From Lama glama (taxonomy: Eukaryota): a DNA stretch of 64,000 bases. Location: positions 86,368,001-86,432,000 of the forward strand of contig CM052817.1 of the NCBI GenBank assembly GCA_028534125.1, written 5' to 3'. The notes beneath the pieces were generated by a model that saw nothing but the letters and a program-made list of their open reading frames with translations, ran no database searches and was not told where the DNA came from. The translations under genes and the position numbers were made by a program. Below, piece after piece: positions 63,500 to 64,000 of this stretch (position 1 is the stretch's first letter; the number at the start of each line of letters is the position of its first letter).

Positions 63500-64000
63500 A
63501 GCAACCATAAAAATGGACCAAATATATGACACAATTATTTTCAGATGTTAATAAGTAGTGCAGAACACAGATGTTTGACAGAAGGAGAGTAATGGGCAGA
63601 GCCCTGATAAGCCCCTGATTTTCTGCCTAGGGATACTCTTTTTAGACTAATGCAAGGAGGTGAAGTTCAAGCAGATCATTACTTAACTGAAAGACACACC
63701 TTGGAATTTCAAGTTTCTTAACACAGCAAAAAAATTTGAGGGAAGGAACCAGAGAGATTGAACCTGATAAGACAGGGACATCAAAAGTCTGCATATGGGT
63801 TCCTCACAGATCCTTGGCTCAGTGCTGGGCTGGGCACGCAAAGGGAAACCCCATGGGACCACATCAAAAGTGGTTATTGTATGGCTAGAAGCTGAACAGA
63901 CCTCTCAGAATTCACACAGATTTGGGAAGTGTTGCAGTTCTGGCTCAGCTAGAATGCAGAGACCTCCCTGAGTTCAAATATTCAAGTAAGATCCCATAAA
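63500..64000 (+). mobile_element. Old L1M (L1MC/MD-like) 5' UTR region
   Basis: 'acaattattttcagatg...gagccctgataagcccc...ttttctgcctaggg...gttcaagcaga' resembles old L1 5' ends. Confidence 0.5.

Overview
AT-rich mammalian genomic DNA, probably camelid (alpaca or camel), judged from a tRNA-derived SINE resembling the camelid vic-1 type and the young L1 3' UTRs. I found no credible protein-coding exon, so this looks like a gene desert or a very large intron. The long ORFs in the track are decayed L1 or ERVL fragments, microsatellite read-throughs, or artefacts of a 500-N gap. Much of the window is interspersed repeats: L1 of several ages, L2, MIR, MaLR/ERVL/ERV1 LTRs and hAT MERs. Family names come from my recollection of consensus sequences, not from a RepeatMasker run. 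The most notable items are: (1) a ~210-bp retrocopy of the ACTG1 3' UTR end inside an MLT2 LTR, itself inside ERVL pol; (2) an unexplained diverged tandem dimer of a ~235-245-bp satellite-like unit inserted in an LTR16C; (3) a TSD-flanked young L1 whose inverted 5' piece comes from the end of ORF1 and whose 3' UTR stops early; (4) a composite ERVL locus carrying the protease-RT region twice. I found no evidence of a novel multi-gene system.
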